Positions 8,647-16,671 of a stretch of 20,051 bases of DNA are shown piece after piece; positions within the stretch are counted from its first letter, which is position 1; the number at the start of each line of letters is the position of its first letter. A model generated the notes under the pieces. It ran no database searches, was not told the origin of the DNA, and saw only the letters and a program-made list of their open reading frames with translations. Made by a program: the position numbers and the translations under genes. Source of the DNA: Candidatus Thorarchaeota archaeon (lineage in GTDB: Archaea; Asgardarchaeota; Thorarchaeia; Thorarchaeales; Thorarchaeaceae); assembly GCA_011364985.1 (NCBI GenBank), contig RDOC01000012.1, positions 1 through 20,051 of the forward strand, given 5' to 3'.

Positions 8647-9258
8647 CTAGTGGTCTAGGAATGTCATCACTCTTTCAAGGAGGTAGCATGGCGTCTTGCT
8701 CAAAGTCTTGCTAACATTGCCTTTCGAAGTCCTTGTGGCTTTTGCAATCTCTGAGATTCGTTTCTTCTCCCATATGTAGTAATAGCAATGATGTAACTGA
8801 ACAGTACTCATGCCGAGAAGTGATGTGTATAGGAGGACAGAACTAGTTACTGCCATTCTCTCATCATTTGGACTTGTCTCATCAATCCTAAATGCGGCAG
8901 ACCTATTCATGTACTTGGTCCTCTTTATTCCATCAAGCGCCTCTCTTGCATTCCAGAAGGCCTGTCCATCACACTCGTCTGCGTTCTCCTTCTGGATGAT
9001 AACATCCCCAGTTCCAAGCCCTACTCGAAACTCCACGTCTTCCATCAGAAGCCTATGAAAGAGAAACACAATCGGCTGCCAACTATTGACCAGAAGTTCA
9101 ATGCTGTCGCCTTGGGTCAGGGAGGGTGTAGCAATGCAATTCTCCTTGAAGCCTTCTATTGTTTCCTTTAGCAAGGCTCGTAGCTCTTTGTCCAATCTCC
9201 TTCGTTCATGAGCATCGACGTTTCTGGACGACACGATGTCAACAATAGCTGCAATCAC
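8647..9258 (-). CDS. satD: SatD-family protein: class III nucleotide-cyclase-like domain plus C-terminal HTH
   Basis: GTG at 9258 follows a GGTGAGG RBS. Motifs 'AIVDIVSSR', 'TQGDSIE', 'FRVGLGTG', 'DGQAFWNAREAL'; HTH 'ISEIAKATRTSKGNVSKTLSK'. Confidence 0.82.
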   Translation of the reverse strand: MIAAIVDIVSSRNVDAHERRRLDKELRALLKETIEGFKENCIATPSLTQGDSIELLVNSWQPIVFLFHRLLMEDVEFRVGLGTGDVIIQKENADECDGQAFWNAREALDGIKRTKYMNRSAAFRIDETSPNDERMAVTSSVLLYTSLLGMSTVQLHHCYYYIWEKKRISEIAKATRTSKGNVSKTLSKTPCYLLERVMTFLDH

Positions 9259-9265
9259 TGACGCC

Positions 9266-9757
9266 TCACCCTGCCAGTAGAAATCTGAAGACCCACCACG
9301 ACAAGGCAAGGGCCATGGTTATGCTCATCAGGGTCCCGAGAATGTACCAGTCGGCGCATGCACGGTCACTGGATTCCCTACTTGAGTAGCGGAAAATAGC
9401 CTTACCTGCAATGATGACCGAGAGAAAGCTGAGAATGGCTGCATACGACAACGCACTGTCAAAATAGGCTATCATAATGGCTAGGAAAATGAGACTTCGC
9501 TCTACATATCCGATCAAATATCCTCCATATTGCAGACCGCCGCATCTTGTTGCAATGCTTTCTTCAAGTCCTTTCCCCAGTTCTGTAAATGTCAGGTCGA
9601 TCACTAGGCTTGGCAAAGACAGCACCAAGAGGTATCCTGAGAAAATGATGGGCAACTCTACGTTCATCAGAGCTACTTGAAAGAGGACAATCAGACTCAG
9701 AAAAACAACACTCAGCAATGCAACAAGTGCACCGAGCCCTCGTTGAAGCATCTTCAT
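9266..9757 (-). CDS. Multi-pass membrane protein resembling the C-terminal half of DUF3307/SatE-like proteins
   Basis: ATG at 9757 follows GGTGG. About 4-5 TM segments with 'GGYLIGYVERSLIF', 'IAGKAIFRY' and 'ADWYILGTLMSI'. Stop is 7 nt before the satD start. Confidence 0.75.
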   Translation of the reverse strand: MKMLQRGLGALVALLSVVFLSLIVLFQVALMNVELPIIFSGYLLVLSLPSLVIDLTFTELGKGLEESIATRCGGLQYGGYLIGYVERSLIFLAIMIAYFDSALSYAAILSFLSVIIAGKAIFRYSSRESSDRACADWYILGTLMSITMALALSWWVFRFLLAG

Positions 9758-9800
9758 AGTGCCACCACACAAATGGTGATATCGCTACTCTCTCGCTAGA

Positions 9801-9806
9801 TTATAA
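9801..9806 (-). promoter_or_regulatory. Putative TATA box for the membrane protein-satD operon
   Basis: TTATAA, 44-49 nt upstream of ATG 9757, directly abutting the first operator-like box. Confidence 0.5.
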
Positions 9807-9883
9807 GTTTACCTATCTAATTAACAATACATTATGTTGACTTATAAAGTAAACAAAATAAGATGTTTACCGATATGGTTAGA
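9807..9883. promoter_or_regulatory. Three phased palindromic operator-like boxes GTTTAC-N7-GTAAAC with 29-bp period
   Basis: 9807 GTTTAC-ctatcta-ATTAAC; 9836 GTTGAC-ttataaa-GTAAAC; 9865 GTTTAC-cgatatg-GTTAGA. The 10-nt linkers are aatacattat and aaaataagat. Confidence 0.7.
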
Positions 9884-10024
9884 TAAAGAAATGATTGCAC
9901 TTGTCTCTCCTGTCTACAAACCGGAAGATAACAAGATTACTGAGAGCAGTAGGCATTTGAGGCAAGATGCTGTCATTCTTTGCTCTGACAAACAGGGATT
10001 GAAATAACATATGCTAAGACACCA

Positions 10025-10454
10025 TTGAAGGGCAAATCGACGAGAAATCTTGAGTCTCTAACAGGTCACTGGAAAGGAGAGAAAGCAGACGGTATGATCA
10101 AGGAATATTGGCCAGCTGAAATGCATTCCAACAAGGCAGGCGTCTTTCGCTGGATCAAGAATGACGATGTCTACATCTATGAAATCATTGCCATTGTTGA
10201 GCAATATGATGAGATTCACATGCTTCTTTGTCACTTCGATAGACTTCACAGCTTTGGAGAAGAAGGATGGTCCCTTGGACTTTGTTGTGACAGAGCTGTC
10301 AGAAACCGAAGTGGTCTTCATAGATATGACAAAACCAGGTGATGGATTTCTTAGATACAACGTGCGTAAGAAAGACATGCTTGAGTTCTTTTCCTATGAA
10401 CCAGAAGAATCTGTTCATTTCTTGCTCTTCTTCAAGAGAGTCCATGAGGACTGA
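10025..10454 (+). pseudogene. Frameshifted DUF6265-like (lipocalin-like beta-barrel) gene
   Basis: ORF 10025 (LTGHWKGE..IKEYW..GVFRWIK..YEIIAIVE..LLCHFD) continues naturally into the frame of ORF 10161 (DFTALEKKDGPLDF..). Restoring 2 nt at about 10241-10244 (AGAC to AGAGAC) gives HFDRDFTALEKKD. Confidence 0.7.
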
Positions 10455-10779
10455 AAGACTAAGCGACCACAAGTCCTGTGTATGCCTGAACGCGTCAGGA
10501 AAGAATGAGGGTTCTGTTAATCCCAGAGAAATTCTCCTTATGCTTCACGTCTGTCGACATATTTTTCCATCTCTCCGTGGTAGCACTACAGCAGCCACCC
10601 AAGGTGTAATCCATGTGATAGGGATTATAGCACATGTTACGATGACTAGCATTCACGGGTTTCAATAAATTGGAATACCTTCCTGACCTTATGATGAATC
10701 ATCAATTCCGAGGCTTTTCCGAATTCAGACTATGCTAAGAGCAGATTGATATACTTTGAGCACCAAGCATATATAGTAA

Positions 10780-10803
10780 ATATGTTTCTTATAACAAACA
10801 TAT
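10780..10803. promoter_or_regulatory. 24-bp near-perfect palindrome (operator) in the promoter of the wHTH-tldD-tldE operon
   Basis: ATATGTTT-C-TTATAA-C-AAACATAT, 22 of 24 positions self-complementary, centred on a TATA-like TTATAA. Confidence 0.7.
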
Positions 10804-10824
10804 AAGCCGAAAGAGGTTGATGGT

Positions 10825-11580
10825 TTGCTTGTGGATATGCCTGACACCCTACGTGAGATTGTTCTCACGCCTGCAGGAAAACAACCAATGAAGGAAGTAA
10901 TGTTCATCACTGATCCCGATTCTGGTTTGGCCTTTGACCATAAGGCACGTATCGCAATCCTCACTATTCTTGCGAGAGGAGTCCCTGATACTAGTACAAC
11001 GGTCGAATATGACCAAGCAACTGACGTTACAACTGAAACTCGCAGGAAGACCGTACGATATGCCCTCTCAGTCATCGAAATCATGAAGATGTCGAACGAG
11101 TATGAAGGTTTCAAGAAGCTGACTAGAAATCAAATATACCATCATCTACAAGTGATGATTGATAGCGGAGTCATAGTCAAGCACGGGACGGTTCAGAATG
11201 GAAATAGATTCACAGACTACTACAGACGAACTGCAAAGAACTTCGTCTTGACCTTAGAAACTCCTAGCTACGGAGCTGAATTCCTTAAGGATCATGAGTC
11301 CAAGCGTCTGGAAGGACTCCTCTCAATGTTTGCTTTCAAGCTGAATAGAAGTCAAAAGGAGAAGTTATTGGAGTTGAGAATCAAGACTCAGAAGCTTCAG
11401 GATAAATGGCGTCCTATGATTGCCAAACTGACCCAAGACGATGTAGCAGATCAAGAAGTCATATGCTTCTATCATTGGTTGGTTGACGTATACTCTCTGA
11501 CATGCCCGGAATATATTGAGTTGGGCAGGAATGTTGCAGCAATCCTATTCCCACATTCTCTGGAGGACCAGAAATGTTAG
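10825..11580 (+). CDS. ArsR-like winged-HTH transcriptional regulator with helical C-terminal domain
   Basis: 'AFDHKARIAILTIL', 'LTRNQIYHHLQVMIDSGVI', wing 'TDYYRRTAKNF'. Start ambiguous (TTG 10825, GTG 10831, ATG 10837). Stop overlaps the tldD start. Confidence 0.8.
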   Translation: MLVDMPDTLREIVLTPAGKQPMKEVMFITDPDSGLAFDHKARIAILTILARGVPDTSTTVEYDQATDVTTETRRKTVRYALSVIEIMKMSNEYEGFKKLTRNQIYHHLQVMIDSGVIVKHGTVQNGNRFTDYYRRTAKNFVLTLETPSYGAEFLKDHESKRLEGLLSMFAFKLNRSQKEKLLELRIKTQKLQDKWRPMIAKLTQDDVADQEVICFYHWLVDVYSLTCPEYIELGRNVAAILFPHSLEDQKC

Positions 11581-12959
11581 AGGCTGGGAATCTAGCAGTC
11601 GAAAGTGCTCGTGATATTGGCGCAAGCTTTGCTGACTGTCGTGTTGAACAAACGCAGGTTTTTCAAATTGAAATAGTCGATGGAGTCCCTAAGAACTGTC
11701 AAATCGCGAAGATCAAAGGTGCAGGTATCCGAGCTCTCATAGATGGTTCGTGGGGATTTTGCCCTACCTCTGATTTGAATCCAGATAGTATTCGAAATGT
11801 GGCAGAATCAGCTGTGGACCTTGCAATATCTAACAAGGATCGAGTTAGTGATATATTCGATGTAGAGGTCGGGTCTTGGAAAGACAGTGCGAAGACCGTG
11901 ACCAAGATTCCGTTACAGAGTGTTTCAATAGAGGAGAAGATGTCTCTTCTCAAAGAGCTGGACAAGGAAGCACATAGTTTTGATTCGAGGATATCCAGTT
12001 CAAAAATAAGATATGAAGAAGCAATAACTGAACTTCATATAGTGAATTCTCTTGGTACAGATATCCATCTTGAATTATCGATACCATGGCTTGTGGTCAT
12101 ACTGACTGCATGTGACGCTTCTAGTAGTCAGCGAGGTGTCGCTAGGCTGGGAGGAAGTGGGGGATTTGAGCAGATAGACTACGAGAGTGCCCGAGTTACT
12201 TTGAATGAATCAGCAACATTGGCTTTGGACAAGCTAGATTCCATTTCCCCTAAGGGTGGAACCTACGACATAATCACTGATCCCGATTTGACTGGAGTTC
12301 TTGCGCATGAGGCCTTTGGACATGCATGCGAAGCAGATAATTGGGTATCTGATGTCACAATATTCAGAGGCAACTTGGGCAAGAAGCTAGGGTCTGAGGT
12401 CATCAACATCAATGACGATCCGACCATCCCAGGATTAAGAGGGTCATTTGATTATGATTGGGAAGGAACAAAGACAAGGCCCCGTGAGCTGATTAAGGAA
12501 GGAGTACTAAATGAACTTCTCCATACTCTTGAAACGTCATCACGTATGAATTTAGAGTGCACTGGTGCAGCTCGTTGTCAATCGTTCATGTTTGAACCAA
12601 TTCCTAGAATGGGGAACACTTTCTTCAAACCCGGTGATTGGGACTTTGAGGAACTAGTAGAGGATACAAGATCAGGTATGATTCTTTGTGGGATTGGGGG
12701 AGGATATACTATGTCAAGCAAAGGGGTGTATGCTTTCATGTCGACTCATGGTTATCTGATAGAGGATGGTGAGCGCGGCCACATGCTGAGGGGTACAACG
12801 ATTTCAGGGGAACATCTCACTACCCTAAGCAAAATTGATGCACTATGCGATGATTTTCGCATGAACTCTGGAACTTGTGGAAAGGGTGAACAACATGTTC
12901 CTGATATGTCTGGAGGACCGCATATGCGTATATGCAAAATGGTGGTTGGGGGAAATTAG
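11574..12959 (+). CDS. tldD: TldD metalloprotease subunit (TldD/PmbA family)
   Basis: Catalytic 'LAHEAFGHACEAD' (HExxGH), 'DDPT', 'PIPRMGNT', C-terminal metal-ligand 'GTCGKGEQ'. Confidence 0.95.
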   Translation: MLEAGNLAVESARDIGASFADCRVEQTQVFQIEIVDGVPKNCQIAKIKGAGIRALIDGSWGFCPTSDLNPDSIRNVAESAVDLAISNKDRVSDIFDVEVGSWKDSAKTVTKIPLQSVSIEEKMSLLKELDKEAHSFDSRISSSKIRYEEAITELHIVNSLGTDIHLELSIPWLVVILTACDASSSQRGVARLGGSGGFEQIDYESARVTLNESATLALDKLDSISPKGGTYDIITDPDLTGVLAHEAFGHACEADNWVSDVTIFRGNLGKKLGSEVININDDPTIPGLRGSFDYDWEGTKTRPRELIKEGVLNELLHTLETSSRMNLECTGAARCQSFMFEPIPRMGNTFFKPGDWDFEELVEDTRSGMILCGIGGGYTMSSKGVYAFMSTHGYLIEDGERGHMLRGTTISGEHLTTLSKIDALCDDFRMNSGTCGKGEQHVPDMSGGPHMRICKMVVGGN

Positions 12960-14309
12960 ATGAAAGAAACTCTCTTTGAGATTGGTGAAAAACTCCTCAG
13001 CAGGTCCTATCAAAACAACATCGATCAGGCAGAGATCTACCTTGAATCGGTAGAACGCAAGAATCTACGAGTCGTAAATGGTTCGGTGGGAACTGCAAAA
13101 CAGATTGTCAATCAAGGAGTTGGAATACGAACTGCAATCAAAAAACAACTTGGTTTCTCCTACGCTACGACCCTTTCACTTGAGGATTGCATAGATATTC
13201 TGGAGAAATCTGCCACGCTTGCGCGCGTGAGTGATGAAACTCCTACCTTTGTCGAGTTTCCTGGGAAATCCTCTTCCTATCCTCACGTATCCGGACTCTA
13301 TGACAGAGCAATCGCGGAACTCACATCAGAGGAATTGTCTGAACTCCTCTATCGTGCAATTGAAGAAAACCAGAGTTGTTTTGCGAATCAGGAAACAATC
13401 ATATACGGAAGCCTAGAGACTGCTACCAAAACCATCGCAATTCTAAATACAAATGGAATCCTAGCGCATAATGAAACCACTAGAATTATGCTCAGTATAG
13501 ACTCAACTCTGAGGAAATTCGGAGAACAGCTGGATAGCTCTGAAACCCAATATGGTACTAGACTCACAGATATTGATCCAGAATGGATTGGCAGGAAAGC
13601 AGCTGAAAATACATTTAGAATGGCAGGTCCTAAGCCAGTGGAGAATAAGCAAATGCCCATTATCCTCTCACCTTTGACACTACGTTCAGTATTCCGAGAT
13701 GGGCTAACTCCTGCCATCAATGCCGAGAATTATGCTGTTGGTCAATCATATTTGAATGGACTACTAGGCTCACAAATCGCGTCAGAGCAACTTGTGATAG
13801 TTGATGATGGTACTCTTGAAGGCGGCTACAACTCTTCTCCATTTGATGGTGAGGGAACTCCATCAAGAAGAACCGAAGTGCTAACAGGAGGTGTTCTGAA
13901 GAACCTTCTTCATAGCTCCTACACAGCAAGTGCATCTGATTCTACAAGCACAGGGAATGCTGTTCGTGAGTCATATTCGACTCCTCCGGCTGTTGGATGT
14001 ACGAACCTTAGAGTTCAACCAAGAAGAGGAACGCTAGACGATCTATTCTCGGAGATTGATGAGGGGATTTATTGCCATTTCGCATTGGACTATCCAGATC
14101 AATTAACGGGAGATATTAGCGCATTGATCTTGGAGGGATTCCTTGTCATAGACGGTGAGATTCAGCATCCTCTAAAGAACACGTTTTTCGTAGTCAATAT
14201 GTGTGACCTATTGAAACGAGTTGTGAGCATCGGTAATGATACACGCATGTTAGAGGGAATTGTAAGCCCGAGCATTTTGATTGATTCCGTAGATATTGTT
14301 TCCGAATAG
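12960..14309 (+). CDS. pmbA: TldE/PmbA non-catalytic partner subunit
   Basis: 'GVGIRT', 'SPFDGEGTP', 'STGNAVR', 'SPSILID'. Lacks HExxH. Starts immediately after the tldD stop. Confidence 0.92.
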   Translation: MKETLFEIGEKLLSRSYQNNIDQAEIYLESVERKNLRVVNGSVGTAKQIVNQGVGIRTAIKKQLGFSYATTLSLEDCIDILEKSATLARVSDETPTFVEFPGKSSSYPHVSGLYDRAIAELTSEELSELLYRAIEENQSCFANQETIIYGSLETATKTIAILNTNGILAHNETTRIMLSIDSTLRKFGEQLDSSETQYGTRLTDIDPEWIGRKAAENTFRMAGPKPVENKQMPIILSPLTLRSVFRDGLTPAINAENYAVGQSYLNGLLGSQIASEQLVIVDDGTLEGGYNSSPFDGEGTPSRRTEVLTGGVLKNLLHSSYTASASDSTSTGNAVRESYSTPPAVGCTNLRVQPRRGTLDDLFSEIDEGIYCHFALDYPDQLTGDISALILEGFLVIDGEIQHPLKNTFFVVNMCDLLKRVVSIGNDTRMLEGIVSPSILIDSVDIVSE

Positions 14310-14327
14310 GAATCAGATGTCTCTGAA

Positions 14328-14590
14328 TCATGAATTGAATGAAAGAACATCAAGAATGAAGGCGAAGTGAAACGCTGAATGCCTACGTGATTCATACCTC
14401 CCGCTCTTCCCGCTTGCCATCTGCGTTCTGAGGAGCAAGACGTTATCATCAGTCCTTACTGCATGGACCTTAGTGCACGGAGTTTGGCAGTCCACTTGGA
14501 AGGTCTTCAATATTGCATGCAGGAATCATCTAGTCCGGCAGTCACCATGATATGCGGGTATACGACATCGGCAATGTCGTCCTATGGCGG
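14328..14590 (-). pseudogene. ptrB: Relic C-terminus of oligopeptidase B (protease II, S9A)
   Basis: Minus-strand translation PP*DDIADVVYPHIMVTAGLDDSCMQY*RPSKWTAKLRALR / TDDNVLLLRTQMASG-KSGRYES..AFHFAFILDVL matches the PtrB pattern SPYDN..YP..LVTAGLND.RVQYWEP.KW.AKLR..KTD.N.LLL.T.M..GHGG.SGRY...AF.YAFIL. Two stops, one frameshift, catalytic His deleted. Confidence 0.85.
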
Positions 14591-14930
14591 CTTTGCTTTC
14601 TCGCACAACTCCTAGAGTGTGAACGCATTACAATTTGTACTGCCTAATAGCAAGACAGAGCGAGATTCTCATTGCTACAAAGGAATGGGTTATTGTGAAT
14701 ATCTTCAAAAAACAAAGAGCGAAAACTTGGCACAAGCACTTGGAATAGCAGGGCCTCTACGATTGCACTGTCTAGGAAAACGAGAGAGAAGAGAGCAAGA
14801 CCTCTCTGGATTAGTTTTGAGACTTTGCATTGGTTCTTGCGCCAAACAGAACTCTAAAGGTAATACTCAAGCTTGCCAATTTAGAAGGATTTGTAGAATT
14901 TCCGAATGAACCTCTCGGACGGATTTGATC

Positions 14931-15791
14931 ATGGAAGTGGTTGGCAATTCGGAGGAAAGAGAACTTATTCTCTTTTTTGCCATAGCAGTATCTTGGACGT
15001 GGCTATTCTGGGGAATTCCTGCACTAGTATCAAATGGGTTACTGTCGATTCCAGTATCACCTGACATCTTTACAGCTCTCGGAGGGCTTGGCCCATTTCT
15101 AGCTGCATTGCTTCTAACATATTCCAAGAACGGACAAAATGGCGTTGTCATCCTACTGAAACGAGGGACAGACTATCGCTTCGAAAAGAAGTGGTGGTTA
15201 CCAATCCTTCTTCTAATTCCGATGGTCTTCTTGGTGTCTTATTTTATCGTTGGTTCTCTCCAGGTCGTTCCGCCTCTTGATGTCAATCGAATTCTCTTCA
15301 GGTTTCCAATGCAGTTCATCTACTTCTTTCTGGGTGTTGCTGTGGCAGAGGAATTCGGCTGGAGAGGATACTCCCTAGATAGATTGCAGAAGAGGTTTCA
15401 AGATCATAGATTCACTGCGGTCATCTCAAGCGTGATTCTTGGAGTCATATGGGGATTCTGGCATCTTCCCTTCTTCTTCACAGCGGGCACTTCACAAGCA
15501 GGATGGTCCTTCTGGCATTTCTTGTGGTTGACCCTTATGGTGTCAATTCTGTTCACATGGTTGCATAACAATACCGAAGGAAGCGTGCTGACTGCACTCT
15601 TCTTTCATACCTCATTGAATCTCTGTGTGAACTTCGTGCCAATCCTCTTAATCCACTTCTACTACCCTACCCTCACGACCGACTTGGCATTTATTGTAAT
15701 GAATGTAATCACAAGTGCTATTGTTCTGCTTGTCGTGGCTTACTGGGGGCCTGATACTCTAACTCGGAAGGAGGGAAGAAGAACCGACTAG
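14931..15791 (+). CDS. CPBP (CAAX protease/Abi, Rce1-like) intramembrane glutamic endopeptidase
   Basis: Motif 1 'AEEFGWRGY', motif 2 'IWGFWH', motif 4 'LFFHTSLN'; about 8 TM segments. Start uncertain (14925/14931). Confidence 0.92.
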   Translation: MEVVGNSEERELILFFAIAVSWTWLFWGIPALVSNGLLSIPVSPDIFTALGGLGPFLAALLLTYSKNGQNGVVILLKRGTDYRFEKKWWLPILLLIPMVFLVSYFIVGSLQVVPPLDVNRILFRFPMQFIYFFLGVAVAEEFGWRGYSLDRLQKRFQDHRFTAVISSVILGVIWGFWHLPFFFTAGTSQAGWSFWHFLWLTLMVSILFTWLHNNTEGSVLTALFFHTSLNLCVNFVPILLIHFYYPTLTTDLAFIVMNVITSAIVLLVVAYWGPDTLTRKEGRRTD

Positions 15792-15998
15792 TCAAGGTAG
15801 AATCTCTCTCGAATTGAAGCTCTAAGGGCACGTATTCTGAACCAACAGCCTCCCTCTTCATGATGCCTCTAATTCAGATAGGTTAATGTTACTGAAATCA
15901 CAGAGAAGTAGTCCAAAGAAACAACGTGAGTGTCATCCAGTGATGAATGATTTCTCACATATGCATCCTTCTCCAGAAGTCTTGAGAGTTCTCGACTC

Positions 15999-16655
15999 TC
16001 ATGATGAGTTTTGATCAATCTCCTTGATGGTTTCTACAAAGGATTCTATCATCAAGTACGATGATGTTGCTCCTACATCTTGATGACCCAGAGTCTTTTC
16101 TCCAAGATACTTTGCTCGACCCTTCTTGGCAACCATTTGTTTAGTACTCTCCAATCCTTTCTTTGCAGCTTCGAGGCCACGATCCAGTGTATCAGCAAAG
16201 TGGAGATTCTCTTCTGTGGCCTCTCTCAAGGCTACGGAGAACGGGTGAATTGTGTCAAGCATGGTCTTCTCACCCACATCTACTTGACCACGGCTCCTGA
16301 TTGCTCCCTCCGCCGCATCTACCATCCGGACTAAGTCGTCTAGAGATATCTCTTTCTTGTCTCCCACAGCTTTCCCTGCTTCGATGATTGCAGAGCCATA
16401 GAGCACTCCCACAGAACCACCTACCGTTTCGAGCAAAGACCGGCCTACTTCCACAAGTATCTCATGAATCTCCTTATCTTTGAAGCTAGGCAACTTGTCA
16501 TTGAGAGAATCGAAGCCTCTTCTGAGATTCACTCCGTGATCACCATCACCAATTGCTGAATCGAGTTCTGTAAGATAGTTCTCATTTTCCGCGATGATTT
16601 TGGATATGTTGCCTAGAGCTCTAAGCAAGTCCTCTTTTTGGATGGAAGTAATCAA
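15999..16655 (-). CDS. dhaL: Dihydroxyacetone kinase nucleotide-binding subunit L (DAK2 domain)
   Basis: 'LTELDSAIGDGDHG', 'GEKTMLD', 'KKGRAKYLGE..LGHQDVGA'. TTG start at 16655 follows a GGGGTGA RBS. Confidence 0.92.
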   Translation of the reverse strand: MITSIQKEDLLRALGNISKIIAENENYLTELDSAIGDGDHGVNLRRGFDSLNDKLPSFKDKEIHEILVEVGRSLLETVGGSVGVLYGSAIIEAGKAVGDKKEISLDDLVRMVDAAEGAIRSRGQVDVGEKTMLDTIHPFSVALREATEENLHFADTLDRGLEAAKKGLESTKQMVAKKGRAKYLGEKTLGHQDVGATSSYLMIESFVETIKEIDQNSS

Positions 16656-16671
16656 GAAGTCACCCCTTGAA

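Noticed and set aside
9807-9893. 29-bp periodic repeats as a mini-CRISPR array
   Set aside because: Units are contiguous, degenerate and have no unique spacers, and no cas genes are present. They fit operator boxes better.
10010-10740. 10-bp direct repeat TATGCTAAGA at 10010 and 10731 as a target-site duplication
   Set aside because: No terminal inverted repeats or transposase, and 10-mer matches at this distance are expected by chance in 20 kb.
10455-10770. Short ORFs or ncRNA between the DUF6265-like relic and the regulator
   Set aside because: No recognisable protein motif or convincing stable structure by eye.
14619-14909. 96-aa Cys-containing ORF upstream of the CPBP gene
   Set aside because: GTG start, no family motif or regular Cys spacing, and located in a decayed region; unsupported.
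15983-16001. Hairpin TGAGAGT-N5-ACTCTCA at the dhaL stop as a terminator
   Set aside because: Only a 7-bp stem with no U-tract; archaeal termination generally relies on U-rich tracts.
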